Origin: Girardia tigrina | Taxonomy: Eukaryota | Reading direction: 5' to 3' | NCBI GenBank assembly: GCA_001938485.1 | Contig: MQRK01243288.1 | Span: 1-64,000, forward strand | DNA: 64,000 nucleotides | In this document: in pieces, positions 25,187 through 38,959 of the stretch | Position numbering within the stretch: the first letter of the stretch is position 1 | How the letters are laid out: the number at the start of each line of letters is the position of its first letter | The notes under the pieces: generated by a model | The model's input: only the letters and a program-made list of their open reading frames with translations | Told to the model about the DNA's origin: nothing | Database searches by the model: none | Position numbers and translations under genes: made by a program

Positions 25187-27139
25187 TATATATGATATAT
25201 AAAGTATCGTAAAATTTATATAATGTTATGAAAAAATCATGAAAAAGTCCAGGGTTTCTTGTTTGTTTTAGATAACTGAAAACTACATGCCCAGCCTCCA
25301 TGGTTCGGAAAACAAATCAATCCATTAGATTGGCATCAAGAAGATATGAATGTTGAGGGATTTTTATGTGACCTATGCTTGCCATCCAACCAGATGGTAA
25401 AGTAAGTTGTAATAAATAATTGAGATCCGTTGATGTTGAAACCCCAGTTAGTCTTTGAAAAAAGTCCTGGCTTGGTTTGATTATACTTGAAAAATTTTCC
25501 ACACTTACTTTTCCATCCTATTCGGTTTAGTTTGGGGAAGTCAGCGCCTTGCCTTGATACATCAAATTAAGGATTGTTCGGGGCAATTTTCTTCCTTTGT
25601 ATCGAAATCTTTTTCATCCAGTGCCCTTATTGCTGAAACTTTCTACTTGTCTTTGTGACTCCGTCATAAATCAAAATAAAATGTTTAAATGATTTTCATA
25701 AAATCTCCAGTAATTCTCAAATCATAAAATTACCGAAATTCCATAATTAAACAAATTATATTTGTCATTTCGAAATATCAAAATATCGCTCCTGAAATTC
25801 ATAAATTTTCAAGAAGAAGATCTTTCAAGACATTTAAGATGAATTTTATGTTACTTCTGATATTTTAGTATCATGTAAAAGAGGTTGTTTATTTTTTTAT
25901 CAAGAATTGAAAATATAATTCTTTCATGACCGTGTTGTTAAATCGTTATAACTTTCTTCTAAAATATTGTTTATTTAAAGAACTATTTATTTTTTGTGAA
26001 GTAAGGTGACACCCAATAATTCCATAAAATGTTTATTATCATCCAAGATCTTATTTTTGTAAAATATAAAAAATAACCCCCTCGATTATTGCATTCAATC
26101 TTGAATTTTTTAAGATATTAACAAAAATATTAACACACCATGTGAATGTCCTACCAAAAAAACGATTTATAATATTATTTTTTTCAATAATATCTGTTTT
26201 TATTGTTGTTTAAGAGTCTTGTCACAAGTCGCTCGAAAATCTTTCAATTCTTCTTCTTTGAAGGAATGATACTATTCCTGATCCCAAAACTGAATTTATT
26301 TGATTTAACGGATCATATCAATCTCCTCTTCATAATAAATTCTTTTTATTATATATTAATTAATTAATTAGATTTTCAATTTAGTGAAAATGGATGAAAG
26401 CATTTAATAATTTGTAAAAAATCTTATTCAATTTTAGACAATATAGAATCAATAGAAATATTTAAAATGAGGAATAAAATAAATTTTTTGTTATTAATTA
26501 TAACGGAAATAGAAATCATATCTTCCATTACTTTTATAAATAGTTTCCTTGTTTCCCACCAAATGTATTTCGATATTATTATTGCCTGTGGAGGAATAAA
26601 GCAACAGAAATACGCTGGACACGCGTTATAACGCGTGTAATAATAACGCGGGTCTGATAGAGACTCCACATTTTAAATTCATTCAGTCATAGATTATTGT
26701 AAAATAATTCATATTCTTGGCCGTTGCGGCATAAATCGATGACATTAGCATTATACACATTGTTGCCACGTAGCTCTTCAGTTAGGCACTTGGAAAATTT
26801 TAATTGACGTTTGATCAAATAATTATTGACTTATTCCTGTTTGAAATAAACCTGAAAGTGAGTTACTGGTAACCGATTTGGAAAAGCAATGACAATAATT
26901 AATAAGTATGAAAGAGTGTTTATAACAGATTACATTAATATTAGTTCAATTGATAAAAATTTTTAAATTATGCAATGATTATTAAAATTTAAAATTAATT
27001 TAATAGTATTTCATTACAATACAGTAGAAGATATTGTACTATTTTATTGATATTAACTTACCTTATTAAAAAGAAGTGAATAATAAAACGAAAATTATAA
27101 TTTTGAATTTACGAAAAAGTCACAACTTGGGTAATAAAA

Positions 27140-27179
27140 AGCCGCGAGCGGTCATAAGGCCGCAGGTTCGTCACCCCTG
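27140..27179. mobile_element. Orphan hAT-like terminus
   Basis: GGCCGCAGGTTCGTCACCCCTG resembles hAT (Charlie/Buster) ends. No partner TIR found. Confidence 0.35.
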
Positions 27180-27239
27180 ATTTAGATGATCCTAGATCAA
27201 CTTTTTAACTTGGCGACCAATAGAACCAAAAACAGGTGT

Positions 27240-28170
27240 ACAAACATTATTAGGGCTTTTATTCATTTTCTAAATCGATGAACATCACAAATTAAAAAGT
27301 GGAACAAGTTAATTAAATAATAATCATATAAAAGATCACAAAATTAAGTTTACATTGGGCATATTTTTTACGCAAGAACTAAATGAAGAATACATTGAAG
27401 AGCCCAAACAAATAATTAAAATACCGTATTCTGAATGATTTAAAGCATCTAAGAAGAGTATTTGTAAGAATATATAGTGTCAAAGTAATTTCAGTGACAT
27501 ACAATGTTCAAAGCTTCCTTTCAAGTAAATCGAACACGATTTTTGGATTACAAGCTAATCTGGTTTATAAATTTGATTGTCACAGGTGTCAAAACTCGTA
27601 CATCGGAGAGTACATTGGAGGCCTATCGGGGGGCCCTTAAGGACTTTAGTTTGGGTGGACCCTCTAAAGAGCCTTAGGCTCAATACCATTACAGAGATGG
27701 GAGGCCCACATCGGAGAGACAAATCATCATCTCAAAATCCGTAGGATTCACAATCAAGTGGATCGAGTAAGGTTCTTGATCATTGGTTACATCGTAAAAA
27801 TAGAATATCTTCTATTTCAAAGGATGAGTTTTATGTTTTGGAGAAATATTTTAAATCACATTATGAGAGACAGTTCTGTGAATCATTATTAATAAGACAC
27901 TACAACCCATTAATAAACATTCAGAATAAACCAAGTAAAGCCATTTCACATTTTAAAATCTTTAATCAAAATTTTCAAAAACATTTCGCGATTAATATCC
28001 AATAATAATTAAATTTAGATAAATAAATAAATAAATTTTCCCTTTGGAATTAATTTTATAAAACAGAAACATCATAACAAACAAATTTAGTTGCTGGTGA
28101 TGGAAAAAGAATTTCCGAAACATGTTCAATAATCGATTTCTTAACAAACCTTTATCAAAATTATTTATCA
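27240..28170 (+). mobile_element. Penelope-like 3' part (GIY-YIG and hammerhead), family B
   Basis: ANLVYKFDCHRCQNSYIGE...RQFCESLLIRHYNPLINIQ, then a hammerhead motif at 28090. Homologous to 32130-33000, 41200-41430 and 42470-42830. Confidence 0.85.
28090..28130 (+). ncRNA. Hammerhead ribozyme motif with a core mutation (CUGGUGA)
   Basis: GUUG-CUGGUGA-U-GGAAA..UUUCC-GAAAC-AU-GUU-CAAU. The A-to-G change in the conserved core probably inactivates it. Confidence 0.7.
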
Positions 28171-29149
28171 AATATATAGAGTCATATATATCCGTCTACT
28201 TTTGAAAAAGTTATTTTTATGGAGAAATATTACGTATTCCAATTCGATAGCCCTTCATGACTTAATCCACTAGCATAAGACACCTTCCTTATTAAAGCCT
28301 TATATTCAATTATTCTCTTTATGATCTTTTTGAATCTTTCATACTTAAATTTACATTGTTTACATCATATGATAACAAATGTTCAATTTTTTTGAATATG
28401 CCATTTATTCAAATTCCCAGTCAAGAGATTATGTTTGTAGTCCTACTTGTCTACAAATAATGAATTTCCTTTTTAAATTCAAATAATAGTTTGAAAGGAG
28501 TCTTTTACCACCGCTTCATGAAACGTTAGAGAGTTTGAGCAGGCCACATGAGTCCCTTTAGACCACCGACCGAGCCACTCGTTTCTTTGATTAAATGCAG
28601 AAATATTATTTCAAGAACAGATAAATGACTTTCACAAATACTTATCTAATATTTACATTTCACAATCGTATTTATTCATCACCGAAAGATGTATAAAAAA
28701 GAAAATTGTACGAAAGTATTCATCCTTGCTGTTTTCTGTCAACAATTTAAACAAATATCAAACCCTAAATAAAGTTGTTTTAATGAAATGTCTCTTTATT
28801 TTTAGTGATTAAGTCTTACGAATTGTCATATTAAACAAAAGTAACATTTATTAAAACAATTAATTCTTGTAAACTGGCAACCAAATTGGTTTGTACGAAG
28901 GGCGTTTCACGACTTTCATTTGTATCCAAATTGTCGGAATCTTTAGCTATTCTAAATAAATTATTTATTCTACATCATTAAATCGATAAATTAATATATT
29001 TCAGGTTACAAAAGTCATTTAGAATAATAGACAACGCGCGGAATCTTTAAAATTGGTTCTTGGATTCTTAAATAGTTAACGAAAACGCGATTGTTATCCA
29101 AATAATATTCTACTAATCAGTCATCGAACCCTTTATATCCTATTTTGGG

Positions 29150-29700
29150 GCCATTAGGGTCGATATCAACAGTATAAGTCATAACAACAATATTTTATGA
29201 ATATAACACTAACATATTTTTCGAACAAATTTCGAGGAACAATTTTACTTTTGTACAAACCATTTATGCATAGTTTATGGTCAGTAACTTCACATGGTAG
29301 GAAACCACAAAATTAATTTTACAACATTACTGTTATTAAAATTTCGTTACAATTCTTTCATTTCAATTTATGTCTTCATATCGGAAAGTTTTCAACTATT
29401 AAGTTTTCACTTTAATTGTTAAATATCTTTTATAAAAATTCTTTATTTTCTAATTTATTATTATAAAATTTTCTTTTTAAAGAAATCTTCCTTTTAATAA
29501 AAATCCTAAACCAATGTTTTCTTATATTTAATATTTTTATAACATTTCATTTTAATACATTTTCATTTTGTTTAATGATGTTTCAATAATAAAATTATCA
29601 TTTTTAGACTTATTGTTTTATTTAAAATATTTTGAAAATTAGATTGATTGATTTTAAAAAGTAAAAATACAACAATTTATGTGAGCTCCACAAAATCCTA
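29150..29700 (+). repeat. Unclassified dispersed repeat (second copy about 45395-46025)
   Basis: Both copies share CGATATCAA..AAGTCATA..AACATATTTTTCGAACAAA..GAACAATTTT..TTGTACAAA at the start and TGTGAGCTCC.CAAAATC at the end. Confidence 0.7.
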
Positions 29701-29819
29701 TCACGGACAATAATTTTCCATTTTCTTTTCTTCTCCATCCATTGAGGAACACCACTTTTGATGCCTTTAATGTTAAATCATTTTTGAGGTACTTCGCGGT
29801 CGTAACATTCAAACATGAC

Positions 29820-30282
29820 TGTGAGAAATATTTGGTGTGTTGATGTTTTTGTGTAGTGTTTGCATGTTTAAATGTTGTGTGTTGATTTGGGATTGTGTCT
29901 CTCCTAACCAGATGGATTATCAATATTTAATTTTTTATAATCTGAAACTAATTTATTTAAATTTAGATTTAATATTCAAATTTTTAATTTTTATTATTGC
30001 AACTTTTAAATAATTTTATTGATTTTATTTTAGTAAATTTTTAAATAATTAAAATCAAATTAATTTTTAAAAATGACTATAAAAATATTTTATTTCAGCC
30101 AATCAAATTTAAATTAAATATTTCTAAATAAAATAACTTTCTCAAGTTAGTTCAGATTATAATGAGAGATATTGAAAATTGATTGATGGATCTAAATGAA
30201 AGCATTACTGTTGATCATCATAAAGATGATAAGAAATGTGAATATAATAAATGTTCTGTCAAATGTGTGAGTTATCTTAACA
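29820..30282 (+). mobile_element. Gypsy-type solo LTR (463 bp, canonical TG...CA)
   Basis: TGTGAG...TTAACA with a perfect 5-bp TSD ATGAC (29815-29819 / 30283-30287). Confidence 0.92.
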
Positions 30283-32129
30283 ATGACACCATTTTTTCTC
30301 TATCAGGTCGAATTGCCAAGTATGTCTCTATATCATATGCATACATTATATACATCTAATAATAGTATAACAAGTCAATTAATTATAACTAGAAATAGAC
30401 CCGACATGTATGACGGGGGAGTTAAATTTTCGTCGCTGAAAGTTTCTGTTTTAATTTTTAAATCGTAGTTATAATTTATTATTTATTGTCTCGAATTGGG
30501 TGTTTAATTTTTCAATTTTTGCAAATTTAATTTTTTTTAATTTAAATTGTTTTATAATAAGGAAAAAGATCCTATAAGAATAATAGTGATAATAATATCA
30601 AATAATAAGCGATAATAACTCAATAGCATCAGGGGAAGTGCTTTAAAATGACGCAAAAACAGTTTAAGCATTTGTAGATAATCGTAAATCGATTTTTTCC
30701 AAAAAATAAAAATTAACTTTTTGAGATCCGTTGATTTGTTCAATCAATATGTGATAGCAAAAGGCAACTACCCTGAAAATTTCAGCTCGATAGCATCATG
30801 GAAGGTGGGTTAAAAATGCAAGAACAAAACTTTAAACATTTGTAGATAATCGTAAAATAATTAAAATAATTATAATGATAAAGATAATCACAATAATTTG
30901 TAATTTTCCCGTCGTTGTTTAAACGAATCACTTATATCACCGGGAACTCCACACATACAGAAATCATAATTCTATTATAGTATTAATTGCATTAACAAAT
31001 CTATTAATAAAATAAGAAATTTTGATTTATACTTCAATTCGAAGGAACCTACAAGTAAATGCGTCATACAAATCCAATCACATATGTCTCTGATTTTATT
31101 TGATTTGTGGTTTCCTGCCATGTGAAGGTACGATGGACACTCCAACAATAGTCTGCCGTCATACGCGTATCTCATCATTCACAGTTCCGTTCTTCCGTGA
31201 TATATTTATGTATATATGAAATCAGCTTCAAATATTAAACCAAACTTGCCGGAACTTGGAAAAATTGAGTATGATGAAAGTAAAAATTGTAAGATCAAGA
31301 ATGATGAATTTGAGGAGTGTCACAAATGAATTATGAAAGTGACATATTCTGATGGTTATTGTAAATTTTAAACATGGCTTACTTAATTAATTTAACAACG
31401 ATATAAAGACTTTTTATCGTTAAAATCAAAAACAGATTTGTTTACGCAAATTAATATTGTTTATAAATTTTATGTCTCGGATGTCGAAATTCTTACATTG
31501 GAGATGCCGTCATCTCCATATTCGTATTAGTGAGCACATACAACCAAGTCAGACGAGTAAAGTCTTTCATTATTTGAAGTCGTGTCAGAATAGAAAATCA
31601 GCTGATATAAAGGATGAATTTCGATATGCATTCTGAAAGACAGTTTTGAGAGTCATTATTGATCAGACATCACAACCATTTTATAAACATGTAAAATGAA
31701 AATAGTAAAGCTTTCACAATGTAACATATTTTTATCTGACATTTTGATAAGTTAATCCTGTTTAAATTTAAATATTCAACTATATATTTTTTACTTATTA
31801 TATTATATCAAAATTATTTATATTTAGTTCTTAAAAAAATTTTAATATGTTTGTTTATTAATTATACTAATAGAAACTTTTAGTTTTAATTTCAACAATT
31901 TTTTTAAAAAAAGATTTTATATTTCATTTTTAAATATATTTATTATTTATTAAAATCAAATTTTAAATTATATTTCACTTTGTAAATGTATAAAAAATAA
32001 CATTTTGGTATTAAAATATTATTTAATCTTTTTTCATATTTTTTAATTACTAAATTTTTTTAATAGTATAGTAAAATTTAATTTTTTTGGTATTAAAATA
32101 AAGTTTTTTTAAAGACAAAAATTATTGCA

Positions 32130-33000
32130 AGTTGCTCAAATGTCCTTCAAGCGTCCTCCTCTTTACATAACACCATAGAAAAATATAGAGGAGTACATAG
32201 TCTGGAGTTAATCATCGAATTTGAAACGGCAAATCATGGTTCAAATATTCGTAGAGGACGCTTGAGGGATAACATATACATACACGAACAAATAGATCAC
32301 GATATTAAGGTTACATTAGACAAATTATGTTCACAAACACGGGTTAGGAAAGGCCTAAATGAAGGAAGAATTGAAAAACACAAACAAAAGAACAGTACTT
32401 GCAAGAATATAGGTAGTATCAAAGTAGTTTCAATGACATCAAAAGTTCAAGGGTTTCTCTCGAATAAATAAAAAACAATTTTTGGATTACAAGCTAATCT
32501 GGTTTATAAATTTGATTGTCACAGGTGTAAAAATTCGAATATTGAAGGTGCAAATCATCATCTCAAAACCCGGATTAGTGAGGATTTACAATCAAGTCGA
32601 TCGAGTAAGGTTCTTGATCATTAGTTACATAGTAAAAATAGAATCTCTTCTATTTCAAAGGATGAGTTTTCTATTTTACAAAAGAGCTTTGATTCACATT
32701 ATGAGAGACAGTTCTGTGAATAATTATTAATAAAACACTACGAATCATTAATAAATATTCAAAATAGACAAAAGTAAAGCTGTTTCAAATCTTACACTTT
32801 TTTTAACAATTTTGCAATTATTATCTGATAATATATTAAATAAAATAAATAAATAAACATTTTTTTACCTTTAAAAATAACCTTATAAAAAAGTAACTAT
32901 ACAATAGTAACTAACAAATATAATTGCTGATGATGGAAAATAATTTCCGAAATACGTACAATAATCAATTTCTTAAAAACCTTTAATGAAATTATTTTTT
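32130..33000 (+). mobile_element. Penelope-like 3' part, family B
   Basis: QANLVYKFDCHRCKNS...RQFCE. Hammerhead at 32923. Lacks the 97-bp insert seen in its sister copies. Confidence 0.85.
32923..32962 (+). ncRNA. Minimal type-I hammerhead ribozyme
   Basis: AUUG-CUGAUGA-U-GGAAA..UUUCC-GAAAU-AC-GUA-CAAU. Intact core, stem I AUUG/CAAU, U-G wobble in stem III. Confidence 0.78.
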
Positions 33001-34635
33001 AAAAATAATAATTTAGAGTTTATAAGGCTCAAATATATATATATATATATATGACAAAGGAATTTCGAAAAAGGACTGAGACTCTTCAGTCATTTTTTCT
33101 AAAGCCAGATTTTCTCGGCCGTCCAAATCAAATGCTCAATATAATCTAAGGACATTCATCGCAAGCATCTTTTCATAATATGTTCATCATTCTGTCATAC
33201 ACTTTCAGTAACAAATCCCCTGGGGAAAGATCAATCATTCACACGAAACCAATCAACAGTGCATTCCGAACCTCCATGGCGCAATACCGTTTGTTAATCT
33301 CACATTAATAAATATTGAGAATGACACTGCTTCTTCATTCTAAGACAAAAAACATTTAAATATTTACAAGAATTATTGGGGGAGAGTGACACTTGATAGA
33401 TCTGTGGATCCTAAATTTAACGTTCAAAATGCACTCTCAACAACTTTATTGAGGGTTTTTAAATGATTTATTGATTTACAATGTCATTATTATTTGTTAA
33501 TTTTTTTTAAATACTAATATTTTGGTATGGAAAATGGAGCTTGTAGTTCGTATTACTAAATGCTTCTATAGCTACTTCCTGAAATTCGTAAATTCATACT
33601 ACCTCATAGGTCTATGCTTCCTAGTAAGTACTGTCTATAGCGTTTAGAAGGAAGCCAGCACAATAACTTACATTAGGGACCATAACAAGTAAATACATGA
33701 TGTATTATACATCCCTCTCTATTTATAATTACGAATACAAATTTGGACCATACAAATCACGAACGAATTTCTATAAAATAAAGTAGGATATAAGACCCAA
33801 ATAAGATTACAAGTGTTCATTTGCAAATATTATATAAACAAATTTGTATCTTTCATTACTTTTTTATTACAAAACTTGATTTCAATAGTACCCCTGCTCT
33901 TACGTTAATGGCCTACCATGTTGAAAAGGTAAATAATTCTTGCTAGGATGAAATGTGAAACTTATAATCGAAAATATACCGATCTCAATCTGGCTTCCCA
34001 CTCTTCAAACCCCCATAAACATATGTAGTTATTGTGAATTAAATATCATTTTATTTATTTTTCATCCTATTTTCCTTTTTCTTTTTGATATATCTAAATT
34101 ATTAGATAATCAATTATATAATCATTTTTTGTCGTATCATAAATTTTCCTATCTGCAGTATTACTTGCTTTCTAGATTCTCTAAATACTCTTTTGCCAGA
34201 TTATCTTGACAGCTTTGACATTACACTCTTTGATGAAGTCTCATTCAGTCAATGTCTTTGAATGCTTTCTAATTAATCGAAATAAGTTGAAACTGGCTTT
34301 TAAAATTATTCATTATTATTTATGAATTTCTAAACCAAATCATTGTTTTTTATAAATTTCTTGTCCTTTTTTCCTTTTTTGAACTGTTTTAGTACAACAT
34401 AAATAAAATAGAGTACAAGTAAAATTAATATAACCTAAAAATTACGAGTGTCATCGTTATTCTTTAAGTACTTAATGCGGCTTTTATAAAAGTTTTGTTT
34501 TATATTAAAGGGTTTTAAAATAAAACTTTACAAAATAAATATTTAAAACTCGAGAAGTAATGTGATCAGTGTCCCATAAATTTTAATGGTCCGAATATCT
34601 GACTTGTTTGATGATTCATCAGTGATTATGGTGAA

Positions 34636-35188
34636 TGTTAAGAACTTTGAGACAATTTTCATTTGAATTTTTATTACAATCACATTTAGAGTCGTTACAA
34701 CTCTCGGAAGATCGCTCACCGTTTGACATCGTTCTAATTGGTTTTGTTATTTCTATTTTTAATCATGGTTATTAGAACAATTTTTCTAAATCTTTTTAAA
34801 ATATTTAATTTAAAAAAAATATTTATTAAAATTAATAATTTTAGCCATTTCTTAATAAAAACTGAAAATAATAAAAATGTTATCAAATTTTTAAAAATGA
34901 ATTTAGATTTAAATTTTATAAGTTTTATTTATATCTATTTAAATGATTTTCTTTTATTTTAAAAAATATTAACCTTGATTTTAATTGTTCATTTTAAAAA
35001 TTTAAACTTATTAGATTATTATTTCGTTATTTTTATTTTAATTATCTTTGAATAGTCAATCATTGTAAATACAAAAAATACCAATTTCCATCTGGGTTGG
35101 AGAATCACCATTCTAAGTTCAACATAATCAAATAAACATATTGCATTCTCATATTCACACATTCATACAATTTAAAATATTCCTCAGT
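34636..35188 (-). mobile_element. Degenerate solo LTR
   Basis: Forward TGTTAAG...CCATCTGGGTTGGAGA...AATATTCCTCAG. Flanks GTGAA/CTGAA match at 4 of 5 positions. Confidence 0.65.
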
Positions 35189-36344
35189 CTGAATATTTTA
35201 GAATCATGGATAAACCAATTACTTATCGAAGTGAAGAGAACCCCTTTCAAAACAAGTTAAATAAATAAGTTGGTGAAACAACTAATGAATGCTTAAGACT
35301 GGCAGTATAACTTTTTCAATTGTTGCATATGTTCTACATAGTTTTTTATGAAGGCAGAGGAAATAATGTTTATTTGGTAAACATAATCTGTAAATAGATG
35401 ACAAACCAAATAATAAATAAAAATTTAATTTCCATTTTCGACATTTATCCGAAATAATTCATAAATATTCAAACGACTTATATCATAATGAACATAAATA
35501 AGTAACAATCTGCTAAATATGGCAGAAATTGTAAATTAACGAATTTAAGCCTGATGAAGACATTTTAATATGCTTATTTAAATTTCCTAAACGTTAAAAC
35601 ATCAGAACTTTTCTATAATACAAAAATTTTTATTACATTAAGTCTTTAATTATATATATATAATATTTAACAAAAGGAGTGATAATGAGTCCAAATTGTT
35701 ACAAATATTCACCACTCTGTAAGATAATGCATTAGAGATTGTCTTGTAGACGGCCTACCTTGTAACGGATTTTTTCAGCCAAGAACTCGCTGAAGAACAG
35801 TTTTACTTGTTCAACGGTATTAAGTATACCATAAGTATACTATAGAACAGTGATAATCCACTTTGCTAGTACAGCGACCCTTACGTACAAGATTATTTTT
35901 TCTTTTTACTTATATTTCGAAAATTTATGCAATGCTGGTGACGCTTAGGTACCACATTATCAACAAAAGTTTAAGTTAAAAATGAAACCCTTGACAACGA
36001 AACCTTCGATTTTAAAATAAAATATTAGTTTGTAAAAAAAACAATTTATTACAGTAAATAAATGTGGCCCACTAAGTCACGGTTTATACTACAATATGTG
36101 GAATATTAAAGTAGGATTGGTATATTGATTAGAACTTCGCCCTTTATGATAATTACAAAAATATTATGTCGAGGAAAGAATAAAGCAAATAGTGATGTTG
36201 CTCAGAATAATGCTCAGTGCTATTTAACTCTTTCATTACTAGGAATGCATGCATTTCATTTTTGCATATATGGGTCGAAAAACCGAGGAAGGTATATTTT
36301 CGATTGATGTTGTTATCGAGTTTTTAAAAATATATTTACTGTTT

Positions 36345-36742
36345 TTTCCATTCTTTTTATTAGCTTACTTTCTATATATATATATATATCCATGGAATTT
36401 AGAAACATATTTTGGAAGGCTTTTTACGCAATCGATTTTCTTCAAATTTTGCACATTTACTCATTCTCGATGACAATAAATTATTATGTAAATATTTGAT
36501 CGAAAAAAACTTTTTAATACCTCAAAATGGGAAAAAACGGAAAATTCGGAGTTCCCGAACAATATTAATTGCAAGATATCTACTTATAGATTATAAAAGG
36601 TTTATATTAATTTTTATTGTGGTTTTTTAATTAAAATTTTTTAAATGTTAAATTTTTTAAATTTTAAAAACTTTGTTGGCAAAGTAGAGTTTTGTCTGCA
36701 TAAAGAATGGATATAAAAAATTTAATTTTTTGATTTACTAGT
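36345..36742 (-). mobile_element. DINE-1/Helentron-associated-like repeat, copy 2
   Basis: Reverse complement of 13212-13612 along its whole length. Confidence 0.75.
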
Positions 36743-38959
36743 TAAATAGTGAGAATTCAATTAAAAATACTGTTATTATTAGTTATTGTGTTTTGCAGTT
36801 GATCGAGTTACTAGTAAAAAAAAGAATGTAATGCAATAAACAATTAGAACTAAGCAACGATTTGATACTCATCATCAGACATTATTATTTATCTGTAGGA
36901 TACGTTAACAAACCGGTCAACTCAAATTTGAAGCAATTATGGCGGACATCGCCGTATTTTTGTCAGTACCGGGACTGATTTTATGAATTAAAAATTTAAT
37001 GTGATCGTTTCCGAATTTTCCTATGCAAGACGAGAAATAATGGAAAAGACCCCGTTTTATAACAATATCATGTACAAACTTAAGTCATTATGTTATGGAA
37101 AATAACTTTTAATATTAGTTTTGATCATTTTTGTTTCAAAGTTTGTGTATTTCAATACTCTATGTTTCCAATTGAAACACGGTACTAAAAAGAGGCATAT
37201 TCCTATGACATATAGTTTTCGTAAAATGAATCGTTTTTCTGGCTCCATTTTTACGAATGGGATTCGAGTGGCAAGGAAATAGTGTTCCTGTTTTATCTTT
37301 AATCTAAGACAGAAAATTCATTCATATTAGACCAACAACCTCCGCTACCCAGCCATATGACGTAACTACTTAATTACTATTTTCTTTTGCATTACTTTTG
37401 TTTTGTTAGTCATTCTCGTCGGTCAATTTACAATCCTGACTTTATCATGTTGATTCTGGTAATTGATGTCCCACGGTGATCCTGGAAACCCCCCGATCAA
37501 AGGACTGAACCCATATTTATTCAGAAAATTTCAAGTGCTCTGTTTGTGACAGTCACTCACAATTTTCTATTCCGACATCTTACCTCAAGTGAGGAAAATT
37601 GGCAAACTATTCACGATTCTTCTCCTACAAATAAATAATAAAATCAAAATTAATTATTAACAAAAATATAATATTGTTCTACTGACAGACACTTCTTCAA
37701 TAGGCGACTTTTTATTTCTAATGAAATGAATAGGATTATTTCTGAAATTATTTGACAAAAATCTCTTTTTCAAAGTCATTTATGCGATTTTATTTATATA
37801 GTTTGAAAATTTTTACACTTCCTGTTGGAAAACGTACAGGAATTTGGATTAAATAATTAATGATTTCAGTTATAACCACAAATGTAAATATAAAAATATT
37901 TTTTAATAATTTATAAATTAATGAAAAGAAACAAGAAGAGGAAATAATTTCAAGGAAAAGTAGAAATAGACGTTTGTGTAGCAATTATATAAAATATAAC
38001 ATTCTTTTTTCAAGATCCAAACTACAAATGTTGTAAGAGTTAAATCTTGAAGACCTAAATCAATGGTGAACCACTTAAAAGAATACGAAACATTTCCCAA
38101 AAATGAATTAAGGCTTACTTGCTAGCTATATTAAAAGATTAATTTGGGTATTGTGTATTCGCATTACGTCTACCCAAGGTAAATGAGTATTCCACCTAGC
38201 AGATGTTGTCACTTAATACCATTATTTTATAAAAGTACACTATATTTAAAGTTTGGTTTCCAGGTAGAAATTGGCAACGAAAACCAGCAAAAACATGTTA
38301 CAACGAAATTTAATGTCATCAATTTTAATTTCAGGTTTATATTATTGACTTCAAATTTATTTTCAATTACAATAATGTATAGAAAATACTTATTAATTCC
38401 TTATTATATATTAATAATTAATTTAATTTTATTAGGTTCTCTTTGAAAGAATGATCTTCTTCGACTACATAAGTATCCAAGATTAGCCACATGAGTGATA
38501 TATAACTGTACATGCTTCTTGCAGGTGTTACCTATTCAAACTATTAGGAATTTTAGAGAGGTATTCAGAAAATAACTGTTTTAAAAGGCTTTTATAATTT
38601 TATAATTATCTTAATTTAATTTTTATAATTATTTAATTTAATAGAATCTTTTGTCATAATATTGAGAAAGAAATGTAATCGTCATGATTATTGATGAAAA
38701 TTACCTCTCAATAGTCATCGTACATATATGAAGGTTGATGATATCAGACAACATCCAAATTTTTTTATCTCGTATAATGAGGGACGCTCAATTTTAAAAT
38801 ACTGGTGGAATTAAGTTCTTGGATCTAGGTAAACTGTGAACTCGGAATGCTACAAAAAATTCTTACAACATTTAATGGCTATTCGACGACTGGTAGCTTA
38901 GATTTCATTCATGGCAATATCTAGTTACACAAATTCAGGATAAAAGAAAATTTACTTAT

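Noticed and set aside
25317-25502. LPSGW suggesting a WW domain exon
   Set aside because: The remaining WW consensus residues and convincing splice sites are absent.
28540-28582. tRNA-like A-box on the minus strand
   Set aside because: No B-box or cloverleaf; at most a SINE scrap.
35550-35600. CTGATGA hammerhead-like start (also near 56197, 60238 and 60470)
   Set aside because: No stem II followed by GAAA and no stem I pairing.
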